Below are positions 27,417 to 37,300 of a stretch of 64,000 nucleotides of DNA, in pieces; the stretch's first letter is position 1; every line of letters begins with the position of its first letter. The position numbers were made by a program, and so were the translations under genes. This stretch comes from Micromonosporaceae bacterium (GTDB lineage Bacteria; Actinomycetota; Actinomycetes; Mycobacteriales; Micromonosporaceae): assembly GCA_052038195.1 (NCBI GenBank), contig JBQGBY010000039.1:3162-67161 (forward strand), given 5' to 3'. The notes under the pieces were generated by a model. The model was not told where the DNA came from. It saw nothing but the letters and a program-made list of their open reading frames with translations, and ran no database searches.

Positions 27417-27831
27417 GTCCGGAATCTATCGCTGTGCCGGTCCAGCCGCAGTCGGGCGGCCCTGCCACGACCTCCCGACGTGATCTGCGCCACCAGGACC
27501 GCTGGGCGTCGAGGGCTTACGAAGGACCCACGCCGTCGGGTTCGGATGGCCATCTACCTGCGGCCACCGCGTACGTCCGGGAGACCGCATCCTCCGCCAG
27601 CGCGCGGTCACCCACCGCGACCGGGACGACCCGCCGCGTCCGCCCGGTGCTCCGTCGAACGGGGAGAAATCACGCCCCATCTCGTGCCCCGGCTGTCGGC
27701 CGATCTACGCCGGGCGGCCATCCCGGCGTTACCTCGGGTAGCCTGACCCGGTCACCGCCGTTTCTCCTAGGCGCCGACGCACCGGCCCGGTGGAGTGCCG
27801 TCGTCGGTCCGCAAGCCTCGCCGAGGTGCCC

Positions 27832-29160
27832 ATGACCAACGCGGCGCGTACCGCATCGCGAACCCTGCTCCGCGGCCGTCGCCTGCCCGGCGCCGGCAGC
27901 CTCCGATCGGCCCGGGGGGTGCTCGGCGCGGGTGCCATGGTCGGTGCGGCCACGATGGCGGTCAATGCGCTGGCCTACGTCGTGCCGGTGCTCGCCGCCC
28001 GCTTGCTGACCGCCGCTGAGCTGGGTGCGCTCGCGGCCCTGCTCGCGGTGGGCGCGGTGGTGGCCGTGGTGGGGGTGGGTCTGCAGACGGCGCTGGCCGT
28101 GCGGTGGGCGCGGCAGGACGCGGTCGAGGGCGCCGGACGGATCTCGCTGGTGACGGCCGCGATCGCGACGGGTGCACTTCTCGTCGCCGTGCCCGTGCTG
28201 TCGGCGACCCTGGATCTGCCCGCCATCCAGCCCGTCCTGCTGGCCATCCTCACCTTCCCGGTGATCATCGCCGGCCGGTGGTTGGGCGAACTGCAGGGTC
28301 GGCGCCGCTACAACCGGCTCGCCGTCGGCCTGGTGCTGCTCGGCGTCGCCCGGTACGGCGGCATGCTGGTGGCGCTCGCGGCCGGAACAGGCATCACCGC
28401 CTCGCTCGCGGTGGGGGCTGTCGCGGCCTATGCGTCCGTGGTAGCCATCGCCGCCCTCTCCGGTCACCTCGCCCTCTGGCGCGGCAGTGTCTTGACGACC
28501 GAGCGCCGCCCGCGTGGTGCTCGCGTCGGCGAGCGCGAGGTGCTGCGGGCGAGCACCGCGGGCATCGCCATGCTCGCCATCTCGTACGCCGACCTCGTGC
28601 TGGCCCGCGCCCTGCTGCCGGCCGACGAGGCGGGCGCCTACTCCGTCGGGTCGGTGCTCACCAAGGGAGCCCTGTGGGCACCGATGGTGCTGACCGTCGT
28701 GGCGCTGCCCGCGTTCGCCCAGGCCCGCCGGCACGCCGTCCGGATCACACTCGCCTCCACCGCGGCATGCGGTGTTCTGCTGGTGGCCATCTCGGCGATC
28801 TTCAGCGACCTCGCGGTGGGACTCGCGGGTGGCGAGAACTACCACCACCTCGCGCCGTACGCCGCCGGGTTCGCCGGGGTCGGCGCGCTCTACGCGCTCG
28901 TCTACGTGCTCGTCAACGCGGAGATCGCGGCTCTGGCCCGGCGGCCGGCCCTGTGGCTGTGGGTGGCCCTCGGCGGTATCGCCGTCGCCGCCGTGATCAT
29001 CCGTCCGTCCACTGTGGGCGGCGTGCTGGCCCTCTCGCTCACCACGGCGGGCGCCAGCGTCGTGGCGACCGTGGCCACCCGCGCTGTCCGCCGTCGCCAC
29101 CGCCCAGCCGGCTCGCCCGAGGAGGAGACCCTCGCCCCGGTGTCCGCCCCGCCCGCCTGA
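27832..29160 (+). CDS. Polysaccharide/oligosaccharide flippase-like (MOP/Wzx superfamily) membrane protein
   Basis: 443 aa, about 12-14 TM segments, N-terminus typical of lipopolysaccharide biosynthesis protein annotations. Start ATG 27832. Confidence 0.6.
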   Translation: MTNAARTASRTLLRGRRLPGAGSLRSARGVLGAGAMVGAATMAVNALAYVVPVLAARLLTAAELGALAALLAVGAVVAVVGVGLQTALAVRWARQDAVEGAGRISLVTAAIATGALLVAVPVLSATLDLPAIQPVLLAILTFPVIIAGRWLGELQGRRRYNRLAVGLVLLGVARYGGMLVALAAGTGITASLAVGAVAAYASVVAIAALSGHLALWRGSVLTTERRPRGARVGEREVLRASTAGIAMLAISYADLVLARALLPADEAGAYSVGSVLTKGALWAPMVLTVVALPAFAQARRHAVRITLASTAACGVLLVAISAIFSDLAVGLAGGENYHHLAPYAAGFAGVGALYALVYVLVNAEIAALARRPALWLWVALGGIAVAAVIIRPSTVGGVLALSLTTAGASVVATVATRAVRRRHRPAGSPEEETLAPVSAPPA

Positions 29161-29237
29161 CGCTCCTCCCGCTCCCGACGCTCCGCGCGCTCACCGTCCG
29201 CCCGTCGCCGCCCGGCATCGACGATCACATATGGTGT

Positions 29238-29269
29238 GGATCTGTGGCCTCTATAGGGGCCACAGATCC
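29238..29269. terminator. 12-14 bp stem-loop (ggatctgtggcc...ggccacagatcc) downstream of the flippase gene
   Basis: Arms at 29238-29249 and 29258-29269 are exact complements. GATCT-containing arms resemble the 6.2-kb hairpin. Confidence 0.45.
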
Positions 29270-29357
29270 CCAAGATCTCGGATTATGGGCGGTTTCCCGC
29301 CATCGAGACCGCTGAGGAGCGGATGGTGCCCTCGCCCGACGGCCCGCCCCATAGCCA

Positions 29358-29924
29358 GTGATCCCCGTGCTCACTCGCCTGGTGCTCGTCCGGCATGCGA
29401 TGCCGGTCGTGGAGCCCGCGGTCTCGAGCGAACTCTGGCAGCTCGGCAACGAGGGTCGGTCAGCGGCCAAGGCGCTGCGTCCACGGCTGGCCCAGCCGGC
29501 GTACCTCGTCGCCAGCGACGAGCCCAAGGCCATCCAGACTCTTCAGGAACTGGCCAGCCGCCTCGACGTGGCCACTGACCCCGGCTTCCGTGAGGTCCGC
29601 CGCCCCCATGCGTGGTCCGCCGACTATGCGTCGTTGGCGCGCGCCTACGTCGAAGGACTCCGCCACGACGGCTGGGAGGACCACGCCGACGTCGTGGGCC
29701 GGTTCGCCGCCGCCGTGGCGAGGCACGCGACCATCGCGGCGGCCAGGCGTCACCCTCTGGTCATCGGAACGCACGGACTGGCCCCGACCGTCTGGTTGGC
29801 CAGCATCATGCCGCTCGATCCCAGCCCGGCGACCTTCTGGGAGCGGTTGACGTTCCCCGATCTCATCGACGTCGACCTCATCGGCCGGACCGCCACTCGG
29901 CGTGCCGGGCGGCGTGGCGGCTAG
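29358..29924 (+). CDS. Histidine phosphatase family protein
   Basis: N-terminal catalytic motif LVLVRHAMP (RHG-type) and a downstream GTHG block. Confidence 0.7.
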   Translation: MIPVLTRLVLVRHAMPVVEPAVSSELWQLGNEGRSAAKALRPRLAQPAYLVASDEPKAIQTLQELASRLDVATDPGFREVRRPHAWSADYASLARAYVEGLRHDGWEDHADVVGRFAAAVARHATIAAARRHPLVIGTHGLAPTVWLASIMPLDPSPATFWERLTFPDLIDVDLIGRTATRRAGRRGG

Positions 29925-30077
29925 TGTCCCCTGATGCCGTTAGCGCGATCTCGGCAGTGATTGATGTTGGTCAGTTGTCGCTGCGGTCCGACGGATGTCC
30001 CTCCTGCAACCCGGCTTGCCCAACCGCGCTTGCTCGACGATGCGTCGGTGCCTGGCCAGTAAGGCACGCATACAGGA

Positions 30078-31787
30078 TCATGGGGCACTGCGTCGGCGGC
30101 GCCACCAGGCGAGGAGCGGCCACGCCCCGGCGCCCAGCACGAGTAGCAGCGGCAGGGCGTAGGCGATCAGCATCGCCGTCCGTTGGCCCGCTGACGCCTG
30201 GGCCGGCGGTGCCGGCGACGGGTTGCGGTACAGCGACAGCTCAGGTCCACTGTAGACACTCTCCAGGCCGGCCAGGGTCGGCGGAGAAGCGCCCGGACCC
30301 TCGACCACCACCCACGTCACGCCCAGGTCGGCGACGGCGCCACCGGCGGCGAGGTGCTCCCGGACGTCGGCCGCCCGCTGGTCCTCCCCGGCGATGGCGA
30401 CCCCGCCCACGATGAGCGTGTCGTCGCTGATGACCGGCGCGGCGAGGTAGCGCGGCATCGGGTCGATCACCACCCGGCCGTGGTTCCAGCCGTACCGGCG
30501 GTACTCAGCGAACGGGAGCGCGATCACCTCCCCGGGCGCTGTGGCGACGATTCGGCTCACGGTGCCCCAGTCGGCCGGGTAGGGCACCGCCCGCAGCGCC
30601 CCGCCGCCGCCCCAGGCCAGGTCGGGCAGCGCGAGCACGGGCAGCACGATCGCGGCCACCGCGATCACCCCGCCTGGCTCGGGGCCGAGCCGGTCGATGA
30701 TCCAGTTCCTACCCTCCTTCCCCACCAAGCCGCCCATGAGTCTGTCCACTCCGGACGCCACGCACAGCACGAGCAGCAGCGCGTACGGGATGAGGAACTT
30801 CTGCCCGTCCCGCAGCAGCCCGGCCCCCGGCACGTGCTCGACGAGGAAGCGCAGCACCGCCGCCCCGGGAGCGGTGGCCCCGGCCAGCGCGAGCAGGAAC
30901 CCGCCGCCGGCCAACAGAGCCAGGCGGGTGGCCACGCCCGGCGGTAGGCCCGCTCGCAGCCGCCGCCAGCCCACCACGGCCAGCACCAGGAGCAGGATCG
31001 TGATGATCGGCGCGACCGTCCAGGATCGACTGTCCGGTGTGGCCTGTCGGTTCCACGCCCCGCCGGTCCCGAGCAGCGCGCCGAGGGTTCCGCTCCAGTT
31101 CTCGGCCCGGGCCGCGAACGCCGCCACGCCCGCTGGGTCCGACCGGCCGCCGGCACTGCTCACCACGGACGCCGTCAGCCACGGCGCATTCAGCGCAGCG
31201 ACCGCGGCGAGGCTCCACCACGAGGTGCGACCGGTACGGCGGCGCACGAGCAGCGCGGCCGCGGTGGCGGTCGCGATGAGCCCGCCCGTCGGGGTCAGCG
31301 ACGCCGCGGCGGCCGCCAGGATGAGCCGGGGCACCGCGCTGCTCTTGCCACGTCGGATGTCCAGCGCCGCCGCGACGATCCACGGCAGGGCCGCGTAACA
31401 GCAGAGCAGCGCCCATTGGCCGAGCAGCAGCCGCTCCGCGAGGTAAGCGGTCCAGACGTACCCGACGGCGGCCACGATGCGGGGGAACATCCGGTCGGTC
31501 GGCACCACCCGCGCGGCGCCGACCGCTGCCGCATACACCAGTCCCACCAACGCGATGCGCTGCAGCAGCCAGCCCGGCAGGGCGAGGTTCAGCAGGGCGA
31601 CCGCGGCGTCGAGGGGCACCGCCCGGGGCAGCGCGTCGGCGGGCGCGATCAGGCTCCAGCTCAGGTGCTGGCGCGGCACGAACACCATGTCGTAGCTGAG
31701 CACGTAGCCGGGCCAGGCCAGCGGCCCGAGGATGACGATCACCAGCACGGCAGCGGTCAGGTGCACCGGCCACAGTGGACGGGACAC
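30078..31787 (-). CDS. Large polytopic membrane protein, GT-C-like (M. tuberculosis Rv0226c-type, from memory)
   Basis: 569 aa, more than 10 TM in the N-terminal two-thirds plus a C-terminal extracytoplasmic domain and final TM. GTG start lies 4 nt after the FkbM stop. Confidence 0.65.
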   Translation of the reverse strand: MSRPLWPVHLTAAVLVIVILGPLAWPGYVLSYDMVFVPRQHLSWSLIAPADALPRAVPLDAAVALLNLALPGWLLQRIALVGLVYAAAVGAARVVPTDRMFPRIVAAVGYVWTAYLAERLLLGQWALLCCYAALPWIVAAALDIRRGKSSAVPRLILAAAAASLTPTGGLIATATAAALLVRRRTGRTSWWSLAAVAALNAPWLTASVVSSAGGRSDPAGVAAFAARAENWSGTLGALLGTGGAWNRQATPDSRSWTVAPIITILLLVLAVVGWRRLRAGLPPGVATRLALLAGGGFLLALAGATAPGAAVLRFLVEHVPGAGLLRDGQKFLIPYALLLVLCVASGVDRLMGGLVGKEGRNWIIDRLGPEPGGVIAVAAIVLPVLALPDLAWGGGGALRAVPYPADWGTVSRIVATAPGEVIALPFAEYRRYGWNHGRVVIDPMPRYLAAPVISDDTLIVGGVAIAGEDQRAADVREHLAAGGAVADLGVTWVVVEGPGASPPTLAGLESVYSGPELSLYRNPSPAPPAQASAGQRTAMLIAYALPLLLVLGAGAWPLLAWWRRRRSAP

Positions 31788-31790
31788 GCC

Positions 31791-32627
31791 TCAACCGCCC
31801 GGTCGGCTGGGAGGCATCGTCCGGCGCCCCGGGCGTCGCCGGCTGGGAGGCATGGTCTGGCTGCGCGAGCGTCGCCGGAACAGGACGAGGTTGACGTAGC
31901 GCGGGTGCGGCCACACCACGCGGCGGACGAAGCTCTGGCTGACCCGGGCGATCGCCGTGTCCTGGTGCGAGGCCAGGTCGAAGCCGGCCAGCGGCCGCCA
32001 CGTACGGCCTGGCAGGACGTACGGCTCATACCCCCAGCCGTCGAGCAGGTCCACTACCGGTGCGATGGGCTGGATGCGCGCCTCCAGCTCGACCAGCAGG
32101 ACCGGCCGGTCGCGGCGGACCGTCTGCTCGGCGCCGCGCAGGGCGGGCACCTCGTGACCCTCGACATCGAGCTTGATAAAGGTGACGTCGGTCAGCCCGA
32201 GGCTGTCCAGCGTGATCCGGCGGACGGTCACGTCCTCGCTGTCGCCCTCGCCGTACTCGACCGATGACGTGCCCACCACCGGGCCCGCCGTGGGCACGTG
32301 CAGGGTCGCGGTGCCCTCGTGGTCGGACGCCACGGCCTGCACGACATCGACCGTAGCGAACGCCTTGCGCAGGTGACCAGCCAGGCGCGGGGTGGGCTCG
32401 ACGGCCACCACCCGATCAGCGAGGCGCACCAGCCGACGGGTCCACGGGCCGTACCAGGCGCCCACGTCCACCGCTGTACCGCCGCGGGGCACATAGCTCT
32501 CCACGAGGTCGAGCTCCGGCTCGACCCTGGGGTAGGCGGCGCGGATGGCGGCGGCAACCGCCCGCTCGGGCACGAGCCCGGCGACGAGCGCGCTGACCCG
32601 CGACACCCGGGTCTGCAGCGTGGCCAC
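31791..32627 (-). CDS. FkbM-family methyltransferase
   Basis: GTG 32627. AVDVGAWYGPWT...VVAVEP...TLDSLGL..VTFIKLDVEGHEVPALRGA...PVLLVELE. Confidence 0.8.
   Translation of the reverse strand: MATLQTRVSRVSALVAGLVPERAVAAAIRAAYPRVEPELDLVESYVPRGGTAVDVGAWYGPWTRRLVRLADRVVAVEPTPRLAGHLRKAFATVDVVQAVASDHEGTATLHVPTAGPVVGTSSVEYGEGDSEDVTVRRITLDSLGLTDVTFIKLDVEGHEVPALRGAEQTVRRDRPVLLVELEARIQPIAPVVDLLDGWGYEPYVLPGRTWRPLAGFDLASHQDTAIARVSQSFVRRVVWPHPRYVNLVLFRRRSRSQTMPPSRRRPGRRTMPPSRPGG
31804..31875. repeat. Imperfect 36-nt x2 tandem repeat forming the C-terminal tail of the FkbM methyltransferase
   Basis: cggctgggaggcat(c/g)gtc... occurs at 31804-31839 and 31840-31875 (30/36 identical). The minus strand encodes MPPSRRRPGRRT / MPPSRPGG. 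Confidence 0.85.
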
Positions 32628-32669
32628 GACGCAGGGTAGCCGACCGCGCCGCGTCGAGGAGCGGCGGGC

Positions 32670-33491
32670 GTGGAACACTGGGCATCCTTTGGTAACGCGA
32701 CCGATTGGCGCTCGATGATCGACTACTACGGCCCCGACGGGTGGAACTTCGAGGCGGGCGTCGAACGGGACCGGCAGCGCGTCGCGCGCGAGGTGATCAT
32801 TGACATCGCGCGCCGGAGCCCCGCGGGGTTCCGGCTGCTCGACGCGGGCTGCGGGGACGGCAGCTTCATCGATCGGCTGGCCGGGCAGGTGGGGCGGGCG
32901 GACGCGAGCTACGTCGGGGTCGACGCCTCCGAGCACCAGTTGGCCAAGGCATCCCGGCTCGGCCACGAGTTCGTTACGGGTGGCTGGGTGGGGGTGGAGG
33001 GCATGGAATTCGCGAAGTGCGACCTGGCCGTCGGGATCCCCTATGGCGACGGCGAGTTCGACGTCGTACACGCCGCCGAGGTCATCGAGCACCTGGTCGA
33101 CCCGGACCTGCTGGTGGACGAGGCGGCCCGGCTGCTCCGGCCCGGCGGGCACATCGTGATCACGACACCCAACCCGCACGCCTGGTACAACCGGGTGCTC
33201 TTTCTCGTCGGCATCCAGCCGGTCTTCGCCGAGACCTCGACCCGCTCGTCCCAGGTCGGCGCCGGCGCGATGGCGCGGTGGAAGGGCGACGACCGACCGG
33301 TGGGCCACCTGCGGCTGTTCAACCGCACGGCGCTGGTCGACCTGCTGCGCCGCAGCGGCTTCACCCCCGTTCTCGTCCGCGGCGCGAGCTACCACGGCGT
33401 GCCCAAGCCGGTGCGGTGGCTCGACGCAGCGATGCGCGTGCGGCCGACACTCGCATCGGTCCTCGTCATCGTCGGCCGTAAGGACGCCTGA
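32670..33491 (+). CDS. Class I SAM-dependent methyltransferase carrying an in-frame copy of the 39-nt G-rich unit
   Basis: GAGGAG RBS. Motif I LLDAGCGDGSF, post-I VGVDAS, then GDGEFDVVHAAEVIEHL and LLRPGGHIVITTPN. Confidence 0.8.
   Translation: MEHWASFGNATDWRSMIDYYGPDGWNFEAGVERDRQRVAREVIIDIARRSPAGFRLLDAGCGDGSFIDRLAGQVGRADASYVGVDASEHQLAKASRLGHEFVTGGWVGVEGMEFAKCDLAVGIPYGDGEFDVVHAAEVIEHLVDPDLLVDEAARLLRPGGHIVITTPNPHAWYNRVLFLVGIQPVFAETSTRSSQVGAGAMARWKGDDRPVGHLRLFNRTALVDLLRRSGFTPVLVRGASYHGVPKPVRWLDAAMRVRPTLASVLVIVGRKDA
32967..33014. repeat. Copy of the 39-nt G-rich unit (34/39 identical to the 24.8-kb unit) plus a 9-nt partial unit, codon-aligned inside the methyltransferase
   Basis: gagttcgttacgggtggctgggtgggggtggagggcatg followed by gaattcgcg. 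Encodes EFVTGGWVGVEGM-EFA. Confidence 0.9.
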
Positions 33492-33493
33492 CG

Positions 33494-34312
33494 TCAGGAA
33501 CTGCCTGCTGATTCCGCTCCGCGGGCGTCGCCGGAATTCGGGTGGCTGGGTGGGGGTGGAGCGCCGGTACGGCAGTTCCGCAGGGCGTAACGGGTGAGGC
33601 GGAAGTCGATGCCGGGGGTCTGGTCATCGCGGCTCCCGGCGACCCGACCGCCCTGCCGGGTGACCGCGGCTCGGACGTCGCGATCGGGGACGACCGTCAT
33701 CCGCATCGGCGCCGGGTAGCCGAGCAGCCGTCGCTGCGCCCACCGCAGCACCGGGAACGGCACCGCCCGCCAGAGGACTCCGCGCACCGTCCACAGTGTC
33801 CCCGTCGGGAGCTGCACCACCGCCGTCCCACCCGGCTGCAGCACCCGGAGGAGTTCGGCGAGATAGCCGTCGATGACGTCGCGGGGCAGGTGCTGGAGCA
33901 CGAGCGCGGTGTAGACGAGGTCGAAGTGGCCGTCGGGGAACCGGTGCAGGTCGGCAGTGTCGTTGTGCACGAAGAGGCATCGGGAGTCCGTACGGTCGAT
34001 GCGGCGGGCGATCTCGAGCATCGGCGCGGAGATGTCCACGCCGACCACCTCGTCGGCGTGCGCGGTCAGCGCCTGCGACAGTCGACCGACCCCGCAGCCG
34101 AAGTCGAGGGCCCGCCGCCACCGGGTCGGCCGGCCGAGGCCGTCGAGCCAGGCCACCGTGCCGGCGACGTCGGCCCGGCCGGTCGCCAGGAACTCGTCCA
34201 GATCCCACCGGCCGTGCCTGGCACCGGGGTAGGCCAGCACGGCCCACAGCGGGTCGGCCTCGCCGAGGGCGGTCCAGTCCCGCCTCACCTCATCCAGCGC
34301 GCGCCCCGCCAC
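33494..34312 (-). CDS. Class I SAM-dependent methyltransferase (start uncertain; GTG 34312 chosen)
   Basis: Motif I ALDFGCGVGRLS, VVGVDIS, DGHFDLVYTALVLQHL and LRVLQPGGTAVVQ. The longer ORF would overlap the divergent AftD-like start. Confidence 0.7.
   Translation of the reverse strand: MAGRALDEVRRDWTALGEADPLWAVLAYPGARHGRWDLDEFLATGRADVAGTVAWLDGLGRPTRWRRALDFGCGVGRLSQALTAHADEVVGVDISAPMLEIARRIDRTDSRCLFVHNDTADLHRFPDGHFDLVYTALVLQHLPRDVIDGYLAELLRVLQPGGTAVVQLPTGTLWTVRGVLWRAVPFPVLRWAQRRLLGYPAPMRMTVVPDRDVRAAVTRQGGRVAGSRDDQTPGIDFRLTRYALRNCRTGAPPPPSHPNSGDARGAESAGSS
33534..33561. repeat. Truncated copy of the G-rich unit (gaattcgggtggctgggtgggggtggag)
   Basis: Shares ggtggctgggtgggggtggag exactly with 32979-32999. 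Lies in the C-terminal tail codons of the minus-strand methyltransferase. Confidence 0.8.
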
Positions 34313-34363
34313 GGTGGGCCACAGTACGCTTTGCCGACCGCCCCCACCCCTGGAGAGCTCACG

Positions 34364-37300
34364 ATGCCGAACCTTGCCGAGATACGGCGGGTGGTGTGGC
34401 GCGCGCGACATGGCACGGGCGGGCGCAGCGTGGGCCGGCGCGATGTCATCGTCTCCGCGGTGCTGACGGTTCTGGCGTTCATCCAGTCCCCCGGGCTCAT
34501 CGTGGCCGATACGAAGATCGATCTCGCGGTGGAGCCGGTGGGCTTCCTGGGGCGGGCACTGCACCTGTGGGACCCGGCGGGCGCGTTCGGGCAACTGCAG
34601 AACCAGGCGTACGGCTATCTCTGGCCGATGGGACCGTTCTTTGTCGTCGGAACCGGGATCGGCTTGCCGGCGTGGGCGGTGCAGCGGCTGTGGTGGGCGC
34701 TGCTGCTCGTTGTCGCGTACCTCGGTGCGGTGCGGCTCGCGGGCCGGCTCGGCATCGGGACACCCGCCTCCCGGCTCATCGCGGGCGTCGCGTTCGCTCT
34801 GTCGCCCCGGATCCTCACCGAGCTCGGCGCGCTCTCGGTCGAGGCCTGGCCCTCCGCCGTCGCCCCGTGGGTGCTCCTCCCCCTCGTCGACCTGGGCGTC
34901 AAGACCGCTGCTGGAGATCGACTCACGGGCCGACCCCCTCGATCAGCGCGGAGGGCAGTCGCGCTGTCGGCACTCGCGGTGGCGTGCGCGGGCGGGGTGA
35001 ACGCGACGGCGGTGTTCGCGGTGGTGCCACTGGGGTTCCTGTGGCTGTGCACGCTGCGGCCGTGGCGACGAAGGATCAAGCTGCTCGTCGCGTGGTGTGC
35101 GGCGGTAGGCGCCGCCACCGCGTGGTGGCTGGTGCCACTGCTGGTGCTCGGTCGCTACAGCCCTCCGTTCCTCGACTACATCGAGAGCGCGAAGACGACC
35201 ACCGGCATCACGGACCCGGTGACGGTGGTGCGGGGCTCGAGCCACTGGCTGGCCTTCCTCACCGACCGGTTCTCCGAGACGCTGCCGGCCGGGTGGGAGA
35301 TCGCCACGAACCCGGTGCCCGTTATGGCCGCGGTGCTGCTGGCCGCGCTCGGCCTGGCGGGGTTGGCCCGGCCCGGCATGCCGCATCGGCGGCTCCTCAT
35401 CAGCGGGCTGCTGCTCGGCTTCGCCCTGGTGGGGCTCGGTCACGTCGGCGAGCTGCCGGGCACGTTCGGGGCCGGGCAGCGCGAGTTCCTCGACGGCGTC
35501 GGTGCCCCGCTGCGAAACGTGCACAAGTTCGACGTACTGCTGCGGCTGCCCCTAGCGCTCGGCCTCGCCCACCTCCTGGGCATCCTGCTGCGGGTACGGC
35601 GCCCGATCGCCGGGCGGGCGCTGCGGCCCGGCGTGGTCGCGAGCCTGGGTACGGCCGCGGCGATCGCCGCGGTGGCGGCCCCGGCCCTCGCGGGTGGTCT
35701 GGCGGCACCGAACGGGTTCGCCGCCGTACCCGGGTACTGGCGCGACGCGGCCGGCTGGCTCAACGAACGCGCCGACGAGGGTCGGGTGCTGGTGGTCCCG
35801 GGCGCGCGGTTCCCCAACTACACCTGGGGGGACACGCTCGACGAGATCACCCAGCCGCTGCTCGAAGGGCCGGCGGCCGTCCGGCACGCGATCCCGCTCA
35901 GCCCCGCCACCACCATCCGCCTGATGGACGCGGTCGACTCCGTACTCACCACCGGATACGGCTCGCCCGGCCTGGCCGATTACCTCGCCCGGGCCGGCGT
36001 GCGCTACCTGCTGGTCCGCAACGACCTGCAGTACGGCCGCTCAGGGACGACGGCGCCACTTCTCGTGCGGCAGGCGCTGGACCGCTCCCCCGGCCTCGAA
36101 CCGGTCGCCAGCTTCGGCCCCGACCTGTCACCGTCCACTACGGACGGTGCCGTGGACACGCTGGGCGCCGAGGTCCCACCACTGCAGATCCTGCGGGTCG
36201 ACCGGCCGGTGGACCAAGTCGTGGCCTATCCGGTCGAGGGCGTCACGACGCTGGTGGGTGGCCCGGAGTCGTTGCTGTGGCTCGCCGAGGCGGGGCTGCT
36301 GCCCGCCGGCCCCACCATTCTCGCGGGAGACGGCCGTACGGCTGGGCCACTCGTCCTCACCGACGGGCTGCGCCTGCGGGACGTCTCCTTCGGCATGGGC
36401 CGGGACTCCGTCTCGGCGACGCTGACGGCCGGCGCTGCCGAGGACTCGAAGGACTACCGACCCCCGTGGGGTCCACAATGGAGCACCATGGCGGCCTACG
36501 AGGGTATCGGCGACGTACGCGCATCCAGCTCGGCGGCGCAGGCGAACTCGGTCGGCGGCACACGGCCCGAGCACCAGCCCTTCGCCGCGGTCGACGGCGA
36601 CCCGTCGACGTCGTGGCGTCCATCGCCTGGACAGAATCCGGACGGCCAGTGGCTGCAGGTGGCTCTCGGCCGAGCCCAGGTCGTGCCGCAGATCGTCGTC
36701 GAGTTCGACGCGAGCGGCGGCGCGCTGCCGACGCGGATCACCCTCGATACCGGCGCGGAACGCTCCACACTGGACGTCACCGGCGACCGGGTCGTGGTCG
36801 GCCTGCAGAGCGCGAACCCGGTCCGGACGATCCGGCTGACCGTGGAGCGGTCACGGGCGTTGACCGACGACGGCAGGTACGGCATCGCCGAGATCGAGAT
36901 CCCCGGCATGGCGGCCGAACGGACCCTCGTGGTGCCGGCACCACCGGCTGGGGGTGCGCCCGCCACCGTCGTGCTCACCGCCGCGCCGTCGATTCCCGCC
37001 TGCTTCTTCGGATCAGGGACGCGCTGCGTCCAGGGCGTGGCCCGGGTCTCCGAGGACGGCACGACGGTCGACCGCACGCTCACCCTGACCGCACCGTCTT
37101 CCTACACACCGTCGGTGTGGGCCCGGCCCCGCCCCGGGGCCGCGCTGGACGCCCTGCTCGACGGCCTCGCTCCGGCCGGCGACACCCCGACCGTGACCGC
37201 GTCGTCGAGGGCGTTCGACGAGCCGGCGGCCCGCCCCGGGGCCGTGCTCGACGGCGACCTCACCACCACATGGTGGGCCGACCCCACCGATACGGCGCCG

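Noticed and set aside
27417-27831. 415-nt gap between the DUF1684 gene and the flippase gene; looked for a small gene, riboswitch or sRNA
   Set aside because: All six frames give Arg/Pro-rich or stop-interrupted translations, and I recognise no riboswitch or sRNA motif. It is left unannotated and may simply be two divergent promoters and leaders.
29161-29196. Possible degenerate copy of the GCTCGC repeat family (cgctcctcccgctcccgacgctccgcgcgctcaccg)
   Set aside because: Only loose resemblance (gcgctcaccg, cgctcctc). It lacks the tgcggggctcgc core and could be chance in GC-rich DNA.
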